A stretch of 64,000 bases of DNA. Origin: an uncultured Sphingobacteriales bacterium (lineage in GTDB: Bacteria > Bacteroidota > Bacteroidia > Chitinophagales > Chitinophagaceae). The notes under the pieces were generated by a model. The model was given only the letters and a program-made list of their open reading frames with translations, had not been told where the DNA came from and did no database searches. The stretch lies in the NCBI GenBank assembly GCA_937888905.1, contig CALATA010000001.1, forward strand, positions 421,467 to 485,466, given 5' to 3'. The translations under genes were made by a program, and so were the position numbers. Shown piece by piece: positions 27,041 through 34,741 of this stretch. Numbering within the stretch: position 1 is the stretch's first letter; every line of letters begins with the position of its first letter.

Positions 27041-27091
27041 GTGGGGCTTATTTGTTATGGTCCGTTGCCCCTTTCTATGACATCTCTTTTT

Positions 27092-27895
27092 TCAAAAATC
27101 GATTCCGGGAATTTCAACGGCATGTATTTTCCATTTATTATTCAGATTGCGTTCAAGCTGTATAGTCCATTTTCCGCCTAAACAATAGGCCGCATGGTCC
27201 ATTCGTAGTTTTAACCGGAACATACCTTTTACCGTCCCCGTACGTCCATCGGTGTTGCTGCTGATATCCGTAAATTCTACCATCTCAAACCTGCTGACCC
27301 GTTCCTTGAATCCATTGATCAGTATCACCATTTCCTCGATGTTTAAATCTTCATAGCCATTCAGGTAAAGCTTTTGCTTTCGGAATGAGTTTACCCATTC
27401 CATCGGGTCTTTGCGGAATATTTGATAAAGACAATGATTCAGTACAAGGGTCACATTGTTTTGTGCGTGGTCCGGATGAAAATCATCGTATACAAAATAA
27501 TGAATGATGCCCTCGCTATCTATGTCCTGAATTTCCATTCCGAACAATTCTTCCGTAGCAAAACGGTAAAGTTCACGGGTAGTAATAGCCTGGTTACAGA
27601 CACCGAGCATTATTCCATTGACCAGTAGCAACTCAGAGAGTAAACTCCAGGCCTCGGCCACTTCCTTTTCCCGGAGGCTTGCAACGGGTTGGAAATAATC
27701 GGGTTTGCCCAGGCGCTCGTATATCCGGATCGTTTTTTTAAGATGAAACTGCCGCTCAAACTCTGCGATGTGTATTTGTACCTGGTTCTTATTATACCGG
27801 AGTAAAGACCTGGCATTACCTGCCTGCTGCCACTGCCTGCCACCCGGAGATATAAACTGGTCGCCTTCCTTGTCTGGTGAAAATGCGCTGTTCAT
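27092..27895 (-). CDS. Hypothetical protein
   Basis: 267 aa, no signal peptide, no recognisable motif. C-terminal ~110 aa has an NTF2/SnoaL-like pattern (my reading only). Confidence 0.5.
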   Translation of the reverse strand: MNSAFSPDKEGDQFISPGGRQWQQAGNARSLLRYNKNQVQIHIAEFERQFHLKKTIRIYERLGKPDYFQPVASLREKEVAEAWSLLSELLLVNGIMLGVCNQAITTRELYRFATEELFGMEIQDIDSEGIIHYFVYDDFHPDHAQNNVTLVLNHCLYQIFRKDPMEWVNSFRKQKLYLNGYEDLNIEEMVILINGFKERVSRFEMVEFTDISSNTDGRTGTVKGMFRLKLRMDHAAYCLGGKWTIQLERNLNNKWKIHAVEIPGIDF

Positions 27896-28054
27896 TGGTT
27901 GAATGTTTCAAGCAATATTACAAGCAGGAAGAGGCTGTTTCCATGAGAAAAAACACATAATGTAATAGTATTTTCCTATTGTTTCCGGGTCTGCATTATC
28001 CGATGTTTGCATTGTCGCATTTGGAAAATCATATCAACTCAGCCGTTTCGCTGA

Positions 28055-28086
28055 TAAATAAAAAAGCCACCGGCCCTGGGCCGGTG
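28055..28086 (-). terminator. Rho-independent terminator (minus strand) downstream of META-domain gene
   Basis: caccggcc/ctg/ggccggtg hairpin. On the minus strand it is followed by cuuuuuuauuuau. Confidence 0.5.
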
Positions 28087-28227
28087 ACTTGAAACACACG
28101 CTGTCAATAGTCAACACGAAACGCTCTGAAGTTTACACAAACGCGCGGTTTGCATTAGTAAGGGAACCGTCCAATGAAAAATTAAACGAAGGGCGCTGTG
28201 AAGCGGCTAACAGCATCCCACCCGTGA

Positions 28228-28668
28228 TTATTTTTTCTGAAAGACGAGCAAAACGGTGTCGCCTTTTGATAGCTTGAGTTGTGATTCATCGAGTTGCCAG
28301 CGATCAGCTTGTTCGAGCAGGCGAAAAAACTGATCCTCGTGACGCTGTACATCGGCGCAATACATTTTTGTAGAGAATATTCGATCGATATGAATACTGT
28401 TATCTGCTATGGTAAGCGATCCGCCGAATGAATTACATCCTCCGTTTCCGCCAACACGGCCATTGCCGGTGTCAAAGCGGATAAAGGCACGGGTAGAACC
28501 AAGCGTATCCAACTGGTCTGCATCACGGAGGGCAACCAGTTTCCATTCGGTGCTGTCCGCCAAAGTTTCAGTACCGGACTGTTGAGTGCGGCTTCCCTCA
28601 TTTGTTGATATATCTGCCATACTGAACAGTAAGAGAAAAGCTGGTAGAGTAAATAATGTCTTCATCAT
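28228..28668 (-). CDS. META domain (HslJ-like, DUF306) secreted protein
   Basis: Start at MMKTLFTLPAFLLLFSMA (signal peptide). WKLVALRDADQLDT...IRFDTGNGRVGGNGGCNSFGGS is the characteristic META/DUF306 motif. Confidence 0.7.
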   Translation of the reverse strand: MMKTLFTLPAFLLLFSMADISTNEGSRTQQSGTETLADSTEWKLVALRDADQLDTLGSTRAFIRFDTGNGRVGGNGGCNSFGGSLTIADNSIHIDRIFSTKMYCADVQRHEDQFFRLLEQADRWQLDESQLKLSKGDTVLLVFQKK

Positions 28669-29017
28669 AAAAGGTGTTTGATGAAAAGATGCTGTGAGTG
28701 TGGCGTATACATAAACTGCCCGACACAACTTTTTTCTTTTATATAATCGTTAACAAACGGCCCTTGTTGGTATGCAGAGATCAGGAAGCGGGCATCTTAA
28801 AAGGGTGAACAGCCTATTTCATACGACAGGAGATAGGAGTACGGATGATAAAACGGTTGCTGTTAAGCGAGGTATATTTTCTATGGACAGAAGAAAACGA
28901 ACGCCTGACATGGCGGGAGCGGGTTGCTTATAAAATAAGTACGCGCATCGGATCGATATAGGCGACAATATTTTTGGAAGTGAATATCTGCTACGGTACC
29001 TGTCGGGACAACAGACC

Positions 29018-29558
29018 TCAAATGCCTCGATCTTTACGCGCCTTTTCGATAACACCATCAATGAAAGCTCTTGCTGTTTCTTCTTTGATTTCGGCGTATA
29101 CGGTCTTGTCCTGGTTGGCCTGTATTGCTATACCGGTCTTGATCTGCTCATATTGCTTTCTGCTTTCCGGATGATTCCGCAGGTAGTCGCGAAATAAAAG
29201 ATGGCGATGTAATTCTATACCGTCTTCACGACATACATACAAATGATGCGTGATGGCATCGAATGTTTCATGGGGCAGCAGTATCCGGCGAACGCCTGAA
29301 CGCTTCCCTGCCTGTAATGCCCTGATCGCCGTTATGATAATAACCAAGCTGCACTAAACGATTCTTTATTTCCTCAAACGAAATTTCAGCACTGTAGACG
29401 ATGTCAATGTCAATTATTGGTTTTGCGGCTAAACCGGGGACAGCAGTGCTTCCCACATGTTCGATAACAACAGGTAGCCCCGCAAACGGTATTTGCAGTA
29501 CTTGTTTCAGCCGTTCAAAATTCATTTGCCACTGTGGTGTATAGGCATGAATCAACAT
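29018..29558 (-). pseudogene. grpB: grpB (GrpB/UPF0157 family) disrupted by a frameshift
   Basis: N-terminal part (96 aa, IEHVGSTAVPGLAAKPIIDI...GITGREAFRR) and C-terminal part (109 aa, HHLYVCREDGIELHRHLLFRDYLRNHPE...YEQIK) lie in different frames overlapping at 29268-29347. Confidence 0.5.
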
Positions 29559-29936
29559 AAGCGCTGTATAAAAAGTAAATAATCGTTGCTGGTTTCACAC
29601 CGTATCATTGCAACGAAAAATACTAAAGCTCCTGACAGTTCGCTAACTGGTTTGCGATTACGCATTATTTTTCCGGGTCGTCGTGAACACATTTATTCCA
29701 GGAGATTTTCACTTCTTGTGAATAGCCTTAAATATTTTTTTTCAAAAAAAGTGTTTACAAATTTGGCAGCAACAAAAAAATAGCGTCATCTTTGCACTGC
29801 AAAATTTTAAACAACATGCGTTTCATAGCAACACATATCGAACTAAAGCAGAGCAGCTTTCCCTGTGGAAAGTTGGGTGTTGCGGGTACGCTGTACAATT
29901 ATTGAAAGAGATTTAACCTTCTTGATATAAACGGCC

Positions 29937-29964
29937 CCGCACTATCGCGGGGCTTTTTTATTGA
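29937..29964 (+). terminator. Rho-independent terminator after 29-codon ORF
   Basis: ggccccgc/actatc/gcggggc followed by ttttttat. Confidence 0.6.
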
Positions 29965-30154
29965 CCATAAATGATGACAGCAATAAAAAGCATGACGCAA
30001 AAACATATTAACCAATCAGCGGCATTCGGCCGGAACATACCAGCGAAATGGAACAGTGAACGTTATTCACTGAAAGGGAATCGTATGCCCTTTTTTACCA
30101 CACCATTTCACGAGCGACAGGATATTTATGCATAGACATCAACCATGTGTATGA

Positions 30155-30192
30155 CAAAAAAGCCCGGTCGCTGAGATGACCGGGCTTTTTTT
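30155..30192. terminator. Bidirectional rho-independent terminator
   Basis: aaaaaa + gcccggtc/gctgagat/gaccgggc + ttttttt. Confidence 0.6.
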
Positions 30193-30388
30193 ATGCCACT
30201 TAATGACAAGGATGGTAAGTGATGAAATTTTTATTAGTCGTATTGACACTGCATTTGCTGATCGAATGGATTGGCCGGCGCAACGATCGTAGCAGGGAAA
30301 TGAATACGGAGCCGGAAAGAAATGAACGGGTAATCCACCCGGCTGAATTCTTGTTACGGGATTGATTTTATTATAAGGAGGATTTATA

Positions 30389-30420
30389 CAGTCCCCGTTA
30401 GCGGCAACGGGGCTGTTTTC
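30389..30420 (+). terminator. Rho-independent terminator immediately upstream of tRNA-Phe
   Basis: cagtccccgtt/agcggc/aacggggctg followed by ttttc. Confidence 0.55.
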
Positions 30421-30432
30421 CTGATTCACTTT

Positions 30433-30506
30433 GGTGCTTTGGCTGAATGGGTAAGCACCGGACTGAAAATCCGGCAATCGGGGTTCGATTCCCCGGGGCA
30501 CCACCA
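30433..30506 (+). tRNA. tRNA-Phe(GAA): tRNA-Phe (anticodon GAA), CCA encoded
   Basis: Cloverleaf built by hand. Acceptor GGTGCTT/GGGCACC (two G-U pairs). Anticodon stem CCGGA/TCCGG with loop CTGAAAA. T-arm CGGGG-TTCGATT-CCCCG. 3' ACCA. Confidence 0.85.
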
Positions 30507-30518
30507 AATTTTTAAACC

Positions 30519-31007
30519 ATGCAAGAGCAACAACCAGCATGGAGACGGCTCAGTGGTGAAAGACTGAGACGGCCCATTGAAGAAGAAATACATATGGTGA
30601 TGACACGCGAACGCAATGCCGGTCACCAGGTGGCTGTATTTATCGGTACAGACAGCCAGGTGAAAGGACGGGCCATCGATTTTGCTACGGTGATCGTGTT
30701 TTACCGGAAAGGAAACGGTGCTTTCATGTTTGTGCAACCCCAACGGGTGATCCGCCAACTTTCGCTTCGTGAACGGATGCTGGAGGAAGTACACAGAAGT
30801 ATTACCACGGCCAGCAACCTGTCGCCATTGTTTTTACAACACAAGGTGACGCCGGAGATTCACGTGGATATCAACACACAAGCCGTTTTTAAAAGTAACG
30901 CCGCATTAAGTGACGCTACCGGTTACCTGCGCGGCATGGGATTTAATTTTCAAACAAAACCTTATGCCTTCGCAAGCTCAAGCTGCGCCGACAAAATGGT
31001 ACAATAA
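30519..31007 (+). CDS. RNase H-like DUF458/YkuK-family protein (tentative)
   Basis: HQVAVFIGTDSQVKGRAIDFATVIVFYRK resembles the conserved GTDSQ core of the DUF458/YkuK family (from memory, not searchable here). Begins 12 nt after the tRNA. Confidence 0.45.
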   Translation: MQEQQPAWRRLSGERLRRPIEEEIHMVMTRERNAGHQVAVFIGTDSQVKGRAIDFATVIVFYRKGNGAFMFVQPQRVIRQLSLRERMLEEVHRSITTASNLSPLFLQHKVTPEIHVDINTQAVFKSNAALSDATGYLRGMGFNFQTKPYAFASSSCADKMVQ

Positions 31008-31039
31008 ATAGTTATAAAAAAGTTCAGGATGTGTTTTCC

Positions 31040-31200
31040 CACACGGTAGTGCAACGGTTGTAACCACTTGTATGCTACTAATGCCGGACGATGGCGGTAA
31101 ACCGTCTCCATTCAATGCGGGTTCGAATCCCGTATCCGCTCAGGCGGATTAGCGTAAGGGTAACGCAAAGCACTCAGGATGCTTGAAAAGAAAGGAGTTC
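31040..31200 (+). ncRNA. Candidate tRNA-like structured RNA (T-arm GCGGG-TTCGAAT-CCCGT plus acceptor-like 3' strand). Not a complete tRNA
   Basis: Canonical T-loop at 31117-31133 and several local hairpins in a 440-bp non-coding gap between the ykuK-like gene and the slipin/rtcB genes. No complementary 5' acceptor strand found. Confidence 0.2.
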
Positions 31201-31448
31201 ATCTCTCCTTTAACAAAAGATGAAAAAGGCAAACAGCACTGCCTGCCGGCGGATTTTTCTGCCAGGCAATGCCAGCGCTGCCAGTAGTCCGACGACAACA
31301 CCGGGCATTGCATCACCAGGATATCCGTTTCCATACCACCGGATTTTCTGCCGCTGCAACTCAACGGAAAACTCATCAGGCTCCGCATCGATGTCAGGGC
31401 AACCCTGTTTGCTTTTTTATTTAACAACACGACTAAAAAAAATGAATA

Positions 31449-32552
31449 ATGAAACAGATCACTGTTAACAAATGGCAGCGGGCTTTTGTGTTCCGCAATG
31501 GCGAATTCCAGCGGATGCTGGGCGCCGGCAAATACTGGCTTGGCTGGAAAGATCAGGCAACGATCGTTGATATCACCGGCGATTTCCAGCTCAATACCCC
31601 CTTGCAGATCTTAATGCAGGATCAGGATTTTACGAATGCCGTTGATATCATCGACGTCAAAGACGGACAGATCGCGATGCGATTCGAACAGGGCTTGCTG
31701 AAAGCCGTGATGCCTGCCGGGCGTTATGTGTTTTGGAAAAATGTAAACGAATACCGTTTTGTTTTTGCAGACATCGCTTCGGTACACATCAACGAACAGT
31801 TCGATATGGCTTTGCTGCAACATCCGCTCGTTACCCCCTATGTACGGACAACAACCGTTGAAGGACACGAAAAAGGGTTGCTGTTCACCGGCGGACAATT
31901 CAACGGCGTACTCGACAGCGGCACTTACTACTGGTGGAAAAATAATATTTCCGTACAGGTAATCAAAGCCGATATGCGTCAGCAGGTGCTGGAGATGAAC
32001 GGACAGGAAATGCTGACCAGAGACAAAGCCACCCTGCGGCTCAGCGCTTCCGGCCGCTACCAGATCATCGACGTGGAAAAAGCGATGCTGAATAACCGCG
32101 AATACGATAAACAATTGTATGCTGCTTTTCAGTTGGCGCTTCGGCAGTTCGTCGGAGCCCTTTCCCTCGATGAGTTGCTGGAAAACAAGGAGGACTTATC
32201 TGCCGCCGTACTGAAACAGGTACAGTTGGTAGCCGAAGCCCTTGGTGTTAATGTGGCCGATTTCGGTATCCGCGATATCATTCTGCCCGGAGAAATGCGT
32301 GACATTCTCAACCAGGTGTTGATGGCGGAAAAAAAATCACAGGCACAATCCATCATGCGCCGGGAAGAAACAGCTTCCACAAGGTCGCTGCTCAATACCG
32401 CCAGATTGATGGAAGAAAATCAAATGCTCTGGAAGCTGAAAGAAATGGAATACGTGGAAAAGATCGCAGAAAAAATCAGCCACCTGAGCGTAAACGGCAA
32501 CGGAGAATTGCTCGACCAGTTGAGGAAGATTTTCGTGCCCGGTAAAACGTAA
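31449..32552 (+). CDS. SPFH/band-7 (slipin-like) protein with duplicated SPFH-like halves and no transmembrane anchor
   Basis: Both halves begin with SPFH-type strands (VNKWQRAFVFRNGEFQRMLGAGKYWL ... VQVIKADMRQQVLEMNGQEML). C-terminal coiled region MAEKKSQAQSIMRREETAS. No N-terminal hydrophobic helix. Confidence 0.7.
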   Translation: MKQITVNKWQRAFVFRNGEFQRMLGAGKYWLGWKDQATIVDITGDFQLNTPLQILMQDQDFTNAVDIIDVKDGQIAMRFEQGLLKAVMPAGRYVFWKNVNEYRFVFADIASVHINEQFDMALLQHPLVTPYVRTTTVEGHEKGLLFTGGQFNGVLDSGTYYWWKNNISVQVIKADMRQQVLEMNGQEMLTRDKATLRLSASGRYQIIDVEKAMLNNREYDKQLYAAFQLALRQFVGALSLDELLENKEDLSAAVLKQVQLVAEALGVNVADFGIRDIILPGEMRDILNQVLMAEKKSQAQSIMRREETASTRSLLNTARLMEENQMLWKLKEMEYVEKIAEKISHLSVNGNGELLDQLRKIFVPGKT

Positions 32553-32585
32553 GACCTGAAACCATACAGGTTTCAGGTCTTTTCC
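32552..32585 (+). terminator. Hairpin/terminator-like element between slipin-like gene and rtcB
   Basis: agacctgaaacc/atac/aggtttcaggtct followed by tttcc. Overlaps the slipin stop codon. Confidence 0.45.
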
Positions 32586-32597
32586 AAAAAAACAAAA

Positions 32598-33998
32598 ATG
32601 GCAAAGACAAAAATTACAGGTAAACAGTTGCGGTCGATCGGTTATACCGACGGTCCCGCTTTGAGCCTGACACTGCAGATAGCAGTTAAACAATTGAAAC
32701 ATTCAACAGAAGCCGCGGCGTTGACACTGCTCAAACAATTATTGCATACGCCGGAGAGTTTTCTCAACGATGAAGTGTGGTCACCCGTTGCTCTTAAATT
32801 GGCGCCACCCGGTGAAGACATCATTGAAACACCCACATTGCGTTCAACGGCCCTGGACTTTTCCGTATGGGGAAGAAATTTTATCGGTGAGGATGCAATG
32901 CACCAGATGTACCAGGCAACCCGTTTACCTGTTGCCGTGGCCGGCGCGCTCATGCCCGATGCACACAACGGTTTCGGGTTGCCCATTGGTGGTGTACTTG
33001 CTACAGAAAATGTGGTGATCCCTTATGCCGTGGGTGTTGACATCGGCTGCCGCATGAGCCTGAGTATTTTCGATATCAGTCCCGACGAGCTCAACCGCCG
33101 TCGCGGACGATGGGCAACCATGCTCGACGAAGCTACTTTATTCGGCAGTGGCGCACAATTTGAGCGACCGGCCGATCATTATATCATGGACGATCCGCGT
33201 TTTGATCAGACTGATTTGCTTCGTTCGGTTCACGGGAAAGCCTGGAAACAATTAGGTTCTTCCGGTAGTGGCAATCATTTTGCCGAATGGGGCGTGGTGG
33301 ATATAGATGAGCCGGATCAGAGTGCCGGTCTTGTGCCCGGACAATATATCGGTCTGCTTTCGCATTCAGGATCGCGGGCGTTGGGTGCACGCATTGCCGA
33401 GTATTATACACGTGTGGCAATGGATAAATGTCGCCTGCCTTCACAGGTGCGCCACCTGGCATGGCTCTCGTTACAGGATGAAGACGGAATCGCTTACTGG
33501 GATTCGATGAATCTCGCCGGGGACTACGCAAGAGCTTGTCACGAAGTGATCCACAACCGCATTACAAAAGCAATCGGATGCAACCCGGTTGTCAATATCA
33601 ACAACCATCACAATTTTGCCTGGAAAGAAAAATGGAAGGGACGTGAAGTGATCGTGCACCGCAAAGGAGCAACACCTGCCGGTAAAGGATTATTGGGCAT
33701 TATTCCGGGTTCGATGGCCACGGAAGGATTTATTGTAAAAGGAAAAGGAAACGAGGATTCATTGTTCTCTGCTTCACATGGTGCCGGCCGGCGGTTGAGC
33801 CGCGGCAGGGCTGCCGCCGCATTCAATATGAAAAACCTCCGGGAAATCCTTGATAAAGCAAACGTGCAACTGATCGGCGGCGCACCCGATGAAGCACCAA
33901 TGGCCTATAAAAATATTCACGACGTAATGGCTGCACAAACAGATCTTGTTGACGTGATTGGGTCTTTCATGCCGGCCATTGTAAAAATGGATGGATGA
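32598..33998 (+). CDS. rtcB: RNA-splicing ligase RtcB (3'-phosphate/5'-OH RNA ligase) with ~80-aa N-terminal extension
   Basis: MPDAHNGFGLPIGGV, CRMSL, NHHNFAW and SHGAGR motifs of the RtcB family. 466 aa versus ~408 aa for E. coli RtcB. Confidence 0.9.
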   Translation: MAKTKITGKQLRSIGYTDGPALSLTLQIAVKQLKHSTEAAALTLLKQLLHTPESFLNDEVWSPVALKLAPPGEDIIETPTLRSTALDFSVWGRNFIGEDAMHQMYQATRLPVAVAGALMPDAHNGFGLPIGGVLATENVVIPYAVGVDIGCRMSLSIFDISPDELNRRRGRWATMLDEATLFGSGAQFERPADHYIMDDPRFDQTDLLRSVHGKAWKQLGSSGSGNHFAEWGVVDIDEPDQSAGLVPGQYIGLLSHSGSRALGARIAEYYTRVAMDKCRLPSQVRHLAWLSLQDEDGIAYWDSMNLAGDYARACHEVIHNRITKAIGCNPVVNINNHHNFAWKEKWKGREVIVHRKGATPAGKGLLGIIPGSMATEGFIVKGKGNEDSLFSASHGAGRRLSRGRAAAAFNMKNLREILDKANVQLIGGAPDEAPMAYKNIHDVMAAQTDLVDVIGSFMPAIVKMDG

Positions 33999-34064
33999 TA
34001 CATTTTAGATTCTCTTAAGAATTCATATCAGCTCCGGCATTTTTATTGGTATAGTTAATCGGCA

Positions 34065-34072
34065 TACTTTTG
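34065..34072 (+). promoter_or_regulatory. Bacteroidota -7 promoter element TACTTTTG upstream of heme oxygenase-phytochrome operon
   Basis: Matches TAnnTTTG. Lies 35 nt upstream of the ATG at 34107. Confidence 0.35.
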
Positions 34073-34106
34073 CTATGCGATTTGAATTACTAATAATGAA
34101 CCGTTT

Positions 34107-34673
34107 ATGATATTGGAACAATTGAGGGAAACGACACAGGATGCGCACCAGGACCTGGAAAAAGCAATGATGCCGCTGATCAATAATGCACGCGACGCAG
34201 CGTCTTATGGCAAACTGCTCCGCACATTTTATAGTTTTTATCATCCACTTGAAAAAGGTATTCAACAACATCTTTATCCTGATGCGCTTCCTGATTATCA
34301 TGAACGCAGAAAAACAAGCTGGATTCTGGATGACCTGAAAGCGTTGGGTCTTGATAATACGCCGCCACCTTCCGCCTTTGCCGCACCGGTAATCACTACT
34401 AATGCACAGGCGTTTGGTGCGTTGTATGTAATGGAAGGCTCAACGCTGGGCGGAAAAATCATTTGTAAAACCATCGCCAACAACCTGGGCCGCGATGAAA
34501 AGGACGGTTTCCGCTTCTTTTACGGGTACGGACCCGAAGCCGGATCACGCTGGAAGTTTTTTCTCGCACAACTCGATAAATTTTCTAATACACCACACGA
34601 AGAAGAAACCGTGGCGATGGCCGATGACGTATTTAAACAGTTCCGGGTATGGATGAATGTGGAATACTCCTGA
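34107..34673 (+). CDS. bphO: Heme oxygenase (biliverdin-producing, BphO-like)
   Basis: 188 aa heme oxygenase-like fold sequence (LRETTQDAHQDLEKAMMP...GALYVMEGSTLGGKII). Immediately upstream of a bacteriophytochrome gene. Confidence 0.75.
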   Translation: MILEQLRETTQDAHQDLEKAMMPLINNARDAASYGKLLRTFYSFYHPLEKGIQQHLYPDALPDYHERRKTSWILDDLKALGLDNTPPPSAFAAPVITTNAQAFGALYVMEGSTLGGKIICKTIANNLGRDEKDGFRFFYGYGPEAGSRWKFFLAQLDKFSNTPHEEETVAMADDVFKQFRVWMNVEYS

Positions 34674-34741
34674 GCCGTTTTACGTGTACCTACCCGTATT
34701 TTAAGTAATTTTCGCTTTCTAAAAAAAGTAAAAGCGCCCGC

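Noticed and set aside
30139-30540. 133-aa minus-strand ORF overlapping tRNA-Phe
   Set aside because: It overlaps a well-formed tRNA and a bidirectional terminator, and has no motif. Rejected as spurious.
31060-31145. Second tRNA gene suggested by the GGTTCGAATCC T-loop
   Set aside because: I could not build a cloverleaf: no 5' strand complementary to the acceptor-like ATCCGCT within 100 nt, and no CCA. Kept only as a tRNA-like motif or candidate ncRNA.
31020-31430. tmRNA (including permuted two-piece form) or RNase P/SRP RNA in the ykuK-rtcB gap
   Set aside because: No tag-peptide reading frame followed by a stop, no 5' GGGG...acceptor partner, and none of the conserved RNase P (GGAAAGUCCGG) or SRP motifs were found.
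30433-34000. Integrated mobile element or genomic island at the tRNA-Phe 3' end
   Set aside because: No integrase, recombinase, transposase or direct repeat of the tRNA 3' end was found within 3.5 kb. No mobile_element feature is called, although the region is compositionally mosaic.
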